The notes under the pieces were generated by a model. The model saw nothing but the letters and a program-made list of their open reading frames with translations, made no database searches and was not told the DNA's origin. Position numbers and translations under genes: made by a program. From Thalia democratica (Eukaryota), in the NCBI GenBank assembly GCA_965202585.1, contig OZ241832.1, positions 33,852,001-33,916,000 of the forward strand: a stretch of DNA of 64,000 bases, read 5' to 3'. This document shows positions 1 to 12,088 of the stretch, in pieces. Positions within the stretch are counted from its first letter, which is position 1. Each line of letters begins with the position of its first letter.

Positions 1-1052
1 TTTTATAAGTTTTAAAAACTACACCACTAACATGTTATACTATAGTTATTTATATTTTTTTAGCAATTACTGGTAAAATACCTTAGTAACAAGAGTTTTG
101 ACTTTGAAAAACTCCATTGCGCCTAGTAACTGAGGTTGTGAGTAGGTCTTATTTTTTAAACTTTAAACTTTTTTAAACTTTAAATAAAAATAACACTTTC
201 CAGTATAACAAACTATTAAGAATTAAATTATTTTCAAGCGTCAGCTTAAAATTTTCAAAATAAACTTCTTTTAAAATAAACTAACAAGTTTCAGGTAAAC
301 AAAGACAAAAACAAATTTAAAAAAAAAGTATTAAATAAAACTTAGTTTAAGTAGCGTAAAACAAGTGAAAATGGTGTATTTATATAAAATATTTAAATTA
401 TACTTATAAAAGTTAAAACTGATTATTTAAAAAACTAATTAAAAAATTCATTTCTACTTTTAAGTATTAAAAGTTTTTAAACGTTATATAATTAAAACAC
501 CTTTCATTTTATAATAATTCACCCTCTTTTTTTAATGTTTGTTTTAAACTTAATTGTTTTATAAAAAGAATTAATCGCATTTTAGAATTTTTACTATTTG
601 ATAGTCCTTTGTAAAATCGTCTAATTAATAACTTTTATGATTAACTTAATCTGTTATGTATCAAAACATTTTATGTATTATAAAAACGAATAAAAAAATA
701 TTAAAGCAGCAAACTAATAATGATTATAATAAAAGCTATGGAATGATAATTTCAAAAGTTATAATTTTAATCTAGAGTTTCCCTTGTGTATAAACTACAC
801 TTAAACAAAGTAAAATATATTTGTTTGTAAAAACAAAGTATGAGCACTTTAGACTGGATAAAAGTCTTATAAAAATTTTAACATTTAATTTTCAACTTGT
901 AAACTATACTTTAAAAAACTTAAAAGTTAGCTTTGTTTTTTAAAACTATATAATCAACTTTTATGGTATACCGTTAAGAAGATATTGAATAATAAAACAT
1001 TTTGTTGAAACTAATAAAAAGTATAGTACATTTATTCAATAAAGGTCTTTAA

Positions 1053-1628
1053 TCATACCATCTGACTCAGAAGGTAAACGAAAATTCCAATCAAAACGAG
1101 CGAAAACTTCATTGGAGCGTCAAACTTAAATTCATTGTTTTTTCGAAATTCTTTGGCATACTCAAAAATTTCTTTTTCAGACATTTCAGTGTCTTCTGCT
1201 TGGGGATAAATTTTAGACTTGCCGCCTCCACCAACGTCGTCGTAGAAATCTCCACCCAAGACCTCCCTGTCGTGCTCCTTGCGACTGCTGTCCACCTTCA
1301 GCGTGTTGTACGCCTTCTTGTACCTTTCAAACTCCTGGCTTTTCTCGCTGTTGTTGATGGGGTGCAGGGACTGGGCCAGTTTCAGGTAGGCTTCCCTAAT
1401 TTTCTTCTGAGTTGCGTCAGGACTGATGCCAAGAACTTTGTAGAAATTTTGTCTGGTCATAAAAACGTTGGAAGTTTGAAAGCTTCTTTGTCCTAATAGA
1501 TTAAAATTTTGGAATACTTTTAGGGGCTTGTGTATGGGGTCTATTTTTGTGAGTGAGGAAAACATCTTAAATTGCTTTATTCTTGCTGCTTTTAAACAAC
1601 AACATCTTCTGATTATTGAAGTTAACAT
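1053..1628 (-). CDS. Intronless J-domain (DnaJ/Hsp40 class C-like) protein, probably mitochondrial, with C-terminal hydrophobic anchor; HPD motif reads HPI
   Basis: 191-aa ORF. Basic, acid-poor N-terminus resembling a presequence; J-domain helices NFYKVLGISPDATQKKIREAYLKLAQSLHPINN...AYNTLKVDSSRKEHD; C-terminal FSLVLIGIFVYLLS. Subfamily (DNAJC30/DNAJC4-like) not resolvable by eye. Confidence 0.8.
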   Translation of the reverse strand: MLTSIIRRCCCLKAARIKQFKMFSSLTKIDPIHKPLKVFQNFNLLGQRSFQTSNVFMTRQNFYKVLGISPDATQKKIREAYLKLAQSLHPINNSEKSQEFERYKKAYNTLKVDSSRKEHDREVLGGDFYDDVGGGGKSKIYPQAEDTEMSEKEIFEYAKEFRKNNEFKFDAPMKFSLVLIGIFVYLLSQMV

Positions 1629-2840
1629 TTTATTAAAATCCTGTAAAATTTTTCATAAAGTTTGTACATTAATAAAATTAAAAACAATATTTACTTTTAA
1701 AATTTTATTTATCTAAAAACCATATGCACTTTAAATTACAGCTGTCTACCAGGTAAAGTATGTTTAACCGAGGTCAAAATTTATAGGTAGCTTTAAACTT
1801 TGGATCTAATTTATGTACAACAGGAATAGTTGTCATTTATCTTATAAATAAGAATCAGTAGTTTTTATATATCTTGCTTTGTTATAGAAAACAAAACAAA
1901 AATGCTGCCAGGAGATTCTAGCAATTATAAGATCTGAAGATAGTTTTTAAAGGGAGTCTTCCAACAGTTATGGAAGTGTAAATAATCAACACTTTAAATT
2001 CTCGCATAACAAGAAATTGAGTTTCAACAACCTCAATGTTGAGATAATAGCTGCTGATTTCAAAATATTTATTGCACTTGATATTCAAGGAGATCAATCA
2101 GCACTATATGAGAGCTGGTAGGCTATTAAAATAAATTTGAAAGGATAACATGCAGCCTGCTGGCCAAATCTGGCCAACCAAGCAGAAATCTTTAAATTAG
2201 GTGTTGTTTAAGTTTGCAAATAACTTTTGATATAAAAATAAACTTGGGTTTCTCATATAAATACTTCAATATTTGTTTTATTTGATTTTCAGTACACAGT
2301 ACTGATTGTTAATTAATATGTTTAAAACAATTTTACTATTATATGAGAAGTCCTTTACAGAACTACTGTATAATTGTTATTACAATGTGTATAGTAAATT
2401 TTTTCTTAATTATAAAGCTGACAAAGACTTTTTTCAACAAGTCTAGCCTCTGATAAGCTTGTTCTGGTAAAACTTTTTAACAACCATATAATAAAATATA
2501 GAAATATAAGTTCATTAAGTTAAAACTTCAGTAACATACTAGAATTCCTAGCTTCAATAAAGTGCATAACTTTTATACTAAAACTTAATTTTTTTAATTA
2601 AAAACGTTTTTCATTCATCATTGGAAAAATATTACAATTCAGCTCCAAACTTGAATTGACACAGATTTGCTTTTTATCACAACAAATAGTTAATTTTAAC
2701 TTTTTCTAAAAAAAATAAGAAAATTAAAATACATAGTTTGATATCCAAAAATAGTTTAACTATACTGATAAAAAACTAAAAACAATCAAAAATTTTACTA
2801 GAAGTATTAAACAAGAATGTTAATTTTAGGTAATATACTT

Positions 2841-3562
2841 CAGGTTTGCCACTCTTTGAGGCAAAAAAACTGCCCTGAGTGACCTTAAACTGCCTTTAGT
2901 CACCCTGACTTTTTTATCAAATCCTTTAAAAAAATGGCCTTTGGCACAAACTACTTATACCTTATGTTTATTTGCTTTTAATAATTAAAAGGAAGGTTGT
3001 GTGTGTATGCTCATTGTTGATGTTCATTGAACTTATGAGAAATACAGCTTCAAATTCAATGTAAAAGTTTAAATCAATTGAGATTAAAAAACAATAATTG
3101 TGGATAATTTTATGTAAACATGTTGGTTAACTTTATATATAATAGAAAATATTTTGAACTTTTTTTTGACATTTAAATTCACTAACTTTAATCTTACCAC
3201 ATAGATATTTACTTACATGAATAAAACTTAAATCATGATAAATATTTATTTCAAGTTTAAAATAAAAACTACAATGTTATTTTTAAGAGTATTAGAGAAC
3301 TAGCCACAAGGCTAAAGATCTTTTAAATAAAAAGTCAATATCAATAAAATTCATGTTCTTGAACAAAACTGGTTATATTAAAAAACAAAATAATTAAACT
3401 GGATTAACTAAACTTCATTCTAGATCTAGAAAAAATATTTCCTGAGAAAAAAATCTTAAAACTCTACTGAAATTTTATAAAAAATCAAATCTCTCCTGAG
3501 TTATCCTGCAATTTTCTAAAATTTTAAAATATCCTTAGTTATCCTGAGCGTGTGGCACCCAG
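2841..3562. mobile_element. Non-autonomous deletion derivative (MITE) of the hAT-type element at 45437-48538
   Basis: Termini CAGGTTTGCCAC...GTGGCACCCAG. Shares internal blocks (AAAAGGAAGGTTGT, CATTCTAGATCTAGAAAAAA, repeated CCTGAG) with both ends of the 3.1-kb element. Confidence 0.8.
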
Positions 3563-5280
3563 ATTCAAGTTTCTTTCAGTATTCAGTAAAATTGATAGTA
3601 TATATTTTTCAAAGTAACCTTTTTGAAAGGTTATTTTAAAAATTAAAAATTTTATGACCAAAAGCAGAAAAGGATATTTTACATTTATCTTTAACTAATA
3701 TATTTTTATTCAATCTGTATTTTTTAACGAATACTTGACTGAGAAATTTAGTTTTACAAATTTAGTTTTTACCGTTGTTCTAAAACCAATCAAGTTCTCA
3801 ATTTTTGATTACTAAAATCTTAAAAGTGACTTTTAGTTTAAAAACATTGTAAAAAGGAACTAGTAGCTTTATTTTCAATGCAAAAACAAAACTTAAAAAA
3901 GTGTTTAGAAAAATAGTATCATGATAAAATAAACTATAGAAAGTCATAAAAATACTAAAACTTGTTAAAGTTAAGACCATGATGTAAAGCAAATTTGAAT
4001 TCTATTGTTACATTGAAAACAAAGCTACTAGTATAGTTTGACAAAAACTACAACCGAATAGAATTCATAGTAACATAAATAAACTTTTTACAAATAAAAA
4101 GTTTTATTTAATTATTATAGAAACGTAAGCAAAAAAAAATTAAAAAATGTACTAGAAAAATAGTATTAAAAATTGACTTATGTTACTATGGAATCTTCTT
4201 TGTTTGTAGTTTTTGTCAAGATAGAATAAAGAAGTTTAAAAAAATGTTATATATTAGAACTAATTTTTTAGGGAAAAATTATTTAAAGTTTTAATTAGGA
4301 AAAAATTATTCAAAGTATTAATAAGTGATATATTACATAAGTAAAACAAAGTGTAAAACAAAGAAGTAGGCTAATAAATTAATGGCAAGTAGTAGGCAAA
4401 TCATGATAAATATTAATTAAAAATTTAATTAGAAGTTCAAAAACTCATACCAAAATCATATAAAAGGCCATAATGGTGTAAATTACATTTTTCAGAATTT
4501 GACTTTATTTATTAGAATTTTAATTAAGCTACAAGTTTTTTTACAGAATTTTAATAATCAAACTAGTTCTTTATATAAAGCTGGTTAAAGTTGGAGAGTA
4601 CAATAGGTTTCTAATAGTAAGAGAAAACCAAATCCATGAAAAAAAAATCACTAAAAATCGATCCCCTCCTACATTTTTTTTATGGTAGATACCTCAAGTA
4701 TTCAGGAAATATCCTTGCAATATTAAGAAAGATCTGTAGCAATAAATTTTTAAAAAGCTGCAGATGAAAAATTTAATGAACAAAAAATCAAATTATAACC
4801 AACTTTTTTGTTTATTATAGAAAAATGAACTTAAAATAGCTTAAAGAAGATTTTATGAATATAACAAGACCATTTCCTGTAAACTTTAGGTATTTATCTT
4901 AAAAAAACGAAGGATAAGATAGACTTTTATAAATTCATTCACTGTTTTAATTTTAACCTTATGGATAAACTTTGTCCAACTTTGTCATGCAATACCTGAA
5001 AAAATATTTTACTAAAATCTGTAAAAACAAACTTGAACGTTAGTTATTACTATAAGAAGTAAGCTCAAATTGTAAAGAGTTATTTACTCTTACCTCTTGT
5101 TGTTTAAAATACAAACTTGAAATAAAATACTATTGCATCAACTAATTTTGTACTTGTTAAAATATTTTCACTAGCAAAAAAAACTTCTTAAGAAAACAGT
5201 ATTGCTTTTTAAAAGCACTGGTAATATGACAAAAAATAGGTAACTCTTAGAAAAAAAATTGTATTAGTTTTGACCATGCT

Positions 5281-5610
5281 CAGGGTTGCCACTCTTTAAG
5301 GAAAAAGCCAGCCTGAAGAATCAAAAACTAGTCTGACTTACATTAGATTAGCCTCCTTTGATTTAAATATAAAATTTAAGTAGAAAGAATTAAAAACTGA
5401 TTTCTTTTTGATAATTAAGCTTAAATACTTAAAATGTCATAATAACAACAAAAGAACTTAACACCCAAAAAACACATGTTAAAGTTCAAAAAATAGCCTG
5501 TGACATAGCAAAAATATTTAAACAAGCTAAGTTTTCAAAAAAAATTAAAAGACTTAAGTTGGCCTGAGTTTTTCTTAGCTTTAAATTTTTTCAAATGTGT
5601 GGCAACCATA
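5281..5610. mobile_element. CAGGGTTGCCAC-family MITE
   Basis: Terminal inverted repeats CAGGGTTGCCAC / GTGGCAACCATA, flanked by near-duplicate 6-mers CATGCT / CAAGCT. Confidence 0.7.
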
Positions 5611-7559
5611 CAAGCTTCTATATACAAACTGTAAAACATTAATTAACTTTATTATGTTGTAATTGTTTTAAGGTATTAGTCTTTATTGTAAGTAAACTAT
5701 ATACACTTGAAAGAATTTTGTTTGTTATTAAATATCATTGTAGAAAACTAATGGACAACGCCTATAATTAACTACTTGATGGAAAGGTGAACATATGGAA
5801 CATCTGATGTTGATGCTTCTCTGATAATTTGATCACAATGTCTATAGAAATAAAAATGTTGGTTGTGCAAAACTTAAAATAAAGTGTCATTAAATAAGAA
5901 GAAACTGCAATAAAGATATTTGGAACAAGCTTATTTTAAAAATAAACCATGTTTCAGATATTACAAGGGCTTAAAAACCAAAATAACGTTGTCAGTTTTA
6001 TTAGTGTCACACTTAAAAAAAAGAAGTTAATTTTTAATAAAAAAAAAACTTTCAAGAGTTTATGTGTGATAGTTTGTACTTGAGTCTGACAAATTTAGAC
6101 TTCCAATCTCTCTTACCCATATTGATTGGCACCCAGTTTGGATTATAATTAGTTTAAATGATGTTGCTTACATTTTAGTTGTAACACCATATGGTACTAG
6201 TAAAATTAATTTTATTAACCACAATATTCCTATTATGAGGTAAGATTCTTTACAAAAATTTAACTTATAAAAATACCAAATATTGTTGACTTTATAAAGA
6301 ATTGTAATATTACTATTACAAATCTTGATAAATGAGCAACATTACTTTTTGTCAAAAAACAACTTTCTTAGGTATTTCAGTTGACCAGTTAACGCTTTTT
6401 TCGCTAAAGTTTATATTTTGTTTGTTTATTACTAATGGATAACATTTTTATTACAATTTCTACTTTAGCCAACATTAGCCAAGCCACTGTTATTGTAGTT
6501 ACTCATGCAGAAATTTTAGGACTTTTTGTACTTTAGCCAAGTTTAGCCAGTCAAGATCACAAAATGTGATTCACAATTACAAATAATAACTTGAAAACTG
6601 TACAGATACTTAGTAATTGGCTTAGTGGAATTTGATCAATTTTTAAGAGTTTTTACTGAATCTAAGATGAAATCTATCCCAGTGTTTTGACTAAGCACTT
6701 TTTATGATCACCATGTAAGTTAATTTAACTTCTATAATACAAAGTGTATATATTTAAGTACTTGTGTTAGGTTAAGTTTTTTAGTTGAATAACTTTATAA
6801 CTAATCACAGTTAATTTTTTGTCTTTGAATTATGATAGATTACATATTTTTTTATACATACACTTCTGATCATATTAAAAAACACAATAAATCGAGTCTT
6901 CAGTTTTCAAAAAGTCACTGAATATTTGTTTATTAAACTTTGTATACCTTTTACTGATTGCTTTGAAAACCAAAGGGTGTTGGTGACCCAACATCCAACT
7001 GTTCATTTACCCTAGAACGTTTACGCTTAGGGCTTAATCTGAGTGTGACTTAACTATTGGGACTTGACATAATTATTACTTTATCTAGACTTAGTACTGC
7101 TAGATATCATTACTACTATAAATAACCAGACAAAACAATTGATTGGGTTTCTCGATTAAACGAAGTTCAATGAATACAAAATCAATTGTTAAAATTACAA
7201 GAACTATCAAATATATAATTTGTGTACTAAAATACTGTATGTTAGCCACTATAACCGAAACGATGTTATAAATAGAAAAACTAACTCTCACTAATATCAT
7301 TTTTCAAATTAGCTTTTTACTCAGTAAATTGAGCTGTTTTTTAATTAATACAAACAGTTATAAAGATGAAACCTACAAATATATAGTTAGAGAGATAATA
7401 TCTAGTAAATAATTTGTGTAAAACGAACGATGATTTTAGTGTAATCTCTAAACCCATAAAAAAATTAAGTGATAACTTTAGTGCTGGTTTAGCTAAACTT
7501 GATAACAAATTTGAACAAATTAAGCGAAATAAATATTTTAATCCGGTATACAAGAATTA

Positions 7560-8600
7560 TTAAATTATATATTTATATTTTTAACATATAATTTTTTTTA
7601 AGTTCTTTTATTTTAAGCAAAAAACTTTTGAAACTACTTTAAAGATTTATACCTAAAGCATTTTTCTAAAAACAACAAACTAGATTAGCTGCATTGAATA
7701 AATTTACTACCTACATATTTCCTGCACTAAGTTGCTAACTTGTATTGAAACTTGCATAATAACTTTTAGTGACACGTAAACTAAAAAAAAAAACTTATGT
7801 AATTTTCATGTATTGCTGAAGCTTGTAAACTGCGCTGCTCAGTTTAGAAAAAAAAAAGTTTTAAAGTTTTGTAGTTTGATGTAGAAATTCATATTTTTTG
7901 AACTAAATAGTAAAAAAAATCAACATATTTTTGATAAGTTTATTTATTTATACTAAAAAATTCTTTGTAAATAAAGTTATTCAAGCTCTTTATAGTAAAT
8001 AAGGTTCTGAAATCCATGTATAAATAAAAAGATAATACAATAAAATTTATTTCGAATTTATCAAATATTTTTTTTAACTACTTTAAAAAATAGTCTAAAT
8101 AATTAAGTGCATCTACAAATAGTCGCATAGCAATAGCTTATATAATTTTCTAGTATGCATTTTTATATAATAAACTTGTTGATAAATACAATATTTTAAA
8201 AGTTTTCTCACTTTTTTCGATGACCAAGAGATTTTTGAAAGTGTGGTCCATTGACCATTTTTATGAGCATCGAACTATTTTCATGTTTACTAAACTGAAT
8301 GAAGCTTTGAATTATGAAATCATAAATTTAGTTATTTGAATTTTAAAGTCCTTCTAGCTTTAAACTCATTAAAATATAGTTTATTTTGTAAGTTTTAAAA
8401 ACTAAGCTTTACGGTTATAAAAATGAATAGCAATATAAAAAGTACATATATATACAAAGATAAAAGTCATAACATTTAAAACTATACAACTAGTTTTTGA
8501 ATTATAAAAAACTTTAATTTAAAACATTTCAAAATTTTCTGAGCTTATTATGTTTAAGTAGTACATTAGAATGAAACTTCTTACCTTTAAAAAGCTCATA
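7560..8600 (+). repeat. ~1-kb dispersed repeat, copy 1 (copy 2 at ~9690-10850; partial inverted copy at ~14285-14540)
   Basis: Long shared blocks, e.g. GAATAAATTTACTACCTACATATTTCCTGCA, GTAAACTGCGCTGCTCAGTTTAGAAAAAAA, GAGCATCGAACTATTTTCATGTT. Boundaries approximate. Confidence 0.8.
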
Positions 8601-8725
8601 AACTAGTTGTTTTTACATTATGACTTCTTAAGTATAAATAAAAGGTGAAATAGGGATAAGGTATAGACTAAAAAAAGTTTAGTAAAAATGGTTAAAGATT
8701 GTTTAGATGTTATTAATATGGAATA

Positions 8726-9270
8726 GGGTCACTTTTGCACGAGCGTCACTTTTACACGAAGGGTTTTTTTTTGCATGAGTGGACACTTATGCACGAGTGT
8801 CATTTTAATCCGAGGGGACACTTTTGCACGACAAGACTTTTTTGCACGGCAACTTTTTTTTTTCCTTTAAACTAAAATGTTTTATGAAGAATAATTTTAA
8901 ATGCATTTACACTTCGTAAACTAAATAAATATTATTAGAATTTAACAATATCTAAAATAAAAATAAACATAAAATGCAGTTTCCTAAAGGAACTGTTTAA
9001 TGCTAATTTTTAAACTAAGAGAGTATAAGTAAATATCTAGTCTCAATATTCGTATTTTAAAGTTCTATGAGAAGCAAAAGGGACATTCGTACAAAATTGA
9101 CTCTGCATGCAAAAGAGTCGCTGTGCAAAAGTGATGCCGTGAAAATGTATCCCCTTGTGCTAAAGTGACACTCGTTCAAAAGTGATGCCTTGCAAAAGTG
9201 TTCCCTCGGTGACAATCGTAGATAAGTGTCAATTCGTGCAAAAAAGACCCTTCGTGCAAAATAGATACCC
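8726..9270. mobile_element. MITE with subterminal ~20-bp TTTTGCACG / CGTGCAAAA repeats
   Basis: GGGTC...TACCC termini; arrays of TTTTGCACG at the left and CGTGCAAAA at the right. Related copies at ~31560-32020 and ~61970-62010. Confidence 0.7.
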
Positions 9271-9689
9271 ACCTTATTAATATATTGCTGAATTATTACT
9301 TTACCTCATTCGCATAACTTACTAATGAAAAAAATTCCAAATCATTACAAATGCATAATATAATATACTTAAAAGGAGAAAAGACTCGAGTAAGTATACA
9401 AAACTTATGAATTAGTTTTTTGATCATTTACTGACTTAAAGTTTAGTTGATGTTTTGTTGATACTTGGTTTAAACTCAAATTTATTTTGATAACTTTTAT
9501 TTTTATTTAAATTTTGTTTCAAATATTGTTAATTAGTCATTCAAAATTAATCAATCATGTTTAATCTCTGAAACCCTAATCAATTAAAGGAATGAATTTT
9601 ATGCTATTTTAATTAAAATTGATAACGAATTTAAATAAAGTGAGCGAAGTAAGCATTTTAACCCAGTTAACAACAAGTTTAGTCAGTAT

Positions 9690-10850
9690 ATTTATATTTT
9701 AATTTCATAAGTTTATTTAACTTCTTTTGTTTTAAGCAAACAACTTTAAAAACCACTTCAAATCTTCATACCTTAAAGTATTTTTTCTAATAACAACAAA
9801 CTCAATTAGCTGCATAGAATAAATTTACTACCTACATATTTCCTGCATTAAATTGCTAACTTGCATTGAAACTTGTGTTGAAATAACTTTTAGTGTCACG
9901 TAAATTAAATAAACTTTTATGTAACTTTCATGTATTGCATTGCATAGCCTGTAAACTGCGCTGCTCAGTTTAGAAAAAAAAGTTTAAGTTTTAAAATTGT
10001 AATCTGCAGTTTGAATGCAGAAAAATGTTTCGAATTAAATATCAAACAAAGACCTTTTTTTTAAATTTCTTAATTAACTGTACTGGAATTTTTTTAGAAC
10101 TTAAAAGTTATTCTAAACTTAATATAACATAAATATTGTTTATTGAAAGACAAAAAACGCTCAAAATGTTTTGTCCAAAGAAAAAACCTTTCGGTTATCG
10201 AGTCGCACACCACTTGGATACCTTTTAACGCCTTGTCCAAAACAACTAATTACCTAAACTTTCATTATGTAATTAAAAGATATATACATAATAAAATTTT
10301 ACAGAATTTATCAAATATTTTTCATTACTATTTAAAAACAATCCATATGTAACTAAACAATTAAGTGTTATTACAAATGGTTGCATAGCTCTAGCTTATA
10401 TACTTTTCTAATATGCATTTTTATATTATAAACTTGTTGGAAAAATACAGTATTGCAAAAGTTCTTTAACTTTTTCGATGACTAAGAGATTTTTATAAGT
10501 GAGGTTCATTGACCATTTTTGTGAGCATCGAACTATTTTCATGTTCACTGAACTGAATGTAGTTTCGAATTATAAAATCATAATTAAAGTTAATTGCATT
10601 TTTTGAGTCAATCAAGCTTAAAACTTGCTTATATATAACTTATTTTGTATGCAAAAATAACTCTAAGTTTTATCTGGAAAACTGAATTGCAATATAAAAA
10701 GTATATGTATAAATATAAAAATATAAAAATTTATAAAACTTTATAATTTATTCAAAACTTTTGAAATTTTGAGCTTGTTATAATTAAGTAGTATATTATC
10801 ATAAAATTACTTAGCTTCAAAAAGATCGTGAACTAGTAGTTTTTGCATTA
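9690..10850 (+). repeat. ~1-kb dispersed repeat, copy 2
   Basis: Colinear with 7560-8600 with scattered substitutions and indels; boundaries approximate. Confidence 0.8.
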
Positions 10851-12088
10851 TGAAAGTTGTTGAGTAAAAATGTAACAAAATAGCCGACATAAAGAGCTAT
10901 GTTATTTTTATACATTTAGAATATTATAAACGTCAAAAGCTGTATTATATATTTAATTCAGCTCACTATGTTATTATACCTTTGTTTAAGTTTAAATTTG
11001 CTGGAGATTATGAAAACTTTGCAAGCTGCACATACAAGTATTAAAATATATTTTTTACAAAAATTTACATAAACCAAAAGTAAAACCCTAGTTTACGTAT
11101 TTTTACTTAATTCATGAGCCAAATATTGAAGGCTACCTTACTTCTTTGTCAAAAATACCATTCATTTTTTTCTTGTATAGTATGAATTTAAAATTTATTA
11201 AATGGAACTTGATCGAATAATAAAGAAAACAAAGTAGAACATCAAAATTCAAATAATTTTGATAAAGTTTAATTAGTAGTAACTGAACTGTACTCTAAGT
11301 TATTTAGATCAGAACTACAAGTTTCATAACTTACAAAGACATGATATAAAGATTTCATATTTATTCTTAGACAACATAGCTTACTATTTAATGATATAAG
11401 TCTTTAAATGAAGTCGCTCCCTAATCTTCATTAAGAAAATATATGTTTTATATTTAAATTAATATTTTTTTGAATTGCATTTTAAGTTAATTTAATACGG
11501 AAAATAAAAATTTAATGAATTGCAAAAAAAAAAAAAGTAAACTAAACAATAGACAATGGGTAGACAATTGCCGATTTACTAGTTGCCTTTTTCTTAGTTT
11601 CCTGCCACACGTAAGCAATTAATGCGTGGTTATTTTTTTAAACTCTACTATAAATTGATTACCCGATGCCTTGTTAGTTGTCTTTACTAGTTAAACCATT
11701 GTAGAACACATTGTGTTTGGCTAAAAAGACATTAGTACTGTATGCAAGGTTGTATGATTCAATTTTAATTGACCACTGTATAAAACTACATTGTTTAAAA
11801 AGTTCTCTATAAATTTTGAATTGTTTGCAATATAAGAAGCAGCTGCTTTAACATTTTAATTCTCATATTTTTATCGAGTCATTATAAATTTAAAAGTATC
11901 TAAAATCTTTTGCATTAAAAAAAGTTTATTGTGCATTGTGTTGATGATAAAACAAATACAGTTTAGTGAATCTCAAAAGAAACTTAAGTTTGAGAAATAA
12001 GAATAGCATAAATGTTTTTTAATGTAAACGTGTAAAGTAGAAAACGTGTATCACAATAAAACAGCATTAAACTCCATTCCACCAGATC

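Noticed and set aside
1200-1716. Plus-strand ORFs opposite the DnaJ gene, and similar shadows at 12046-12437 and 20489-21242
   Set aside because: Antisense or alternative-frame shadows of real CDSs.
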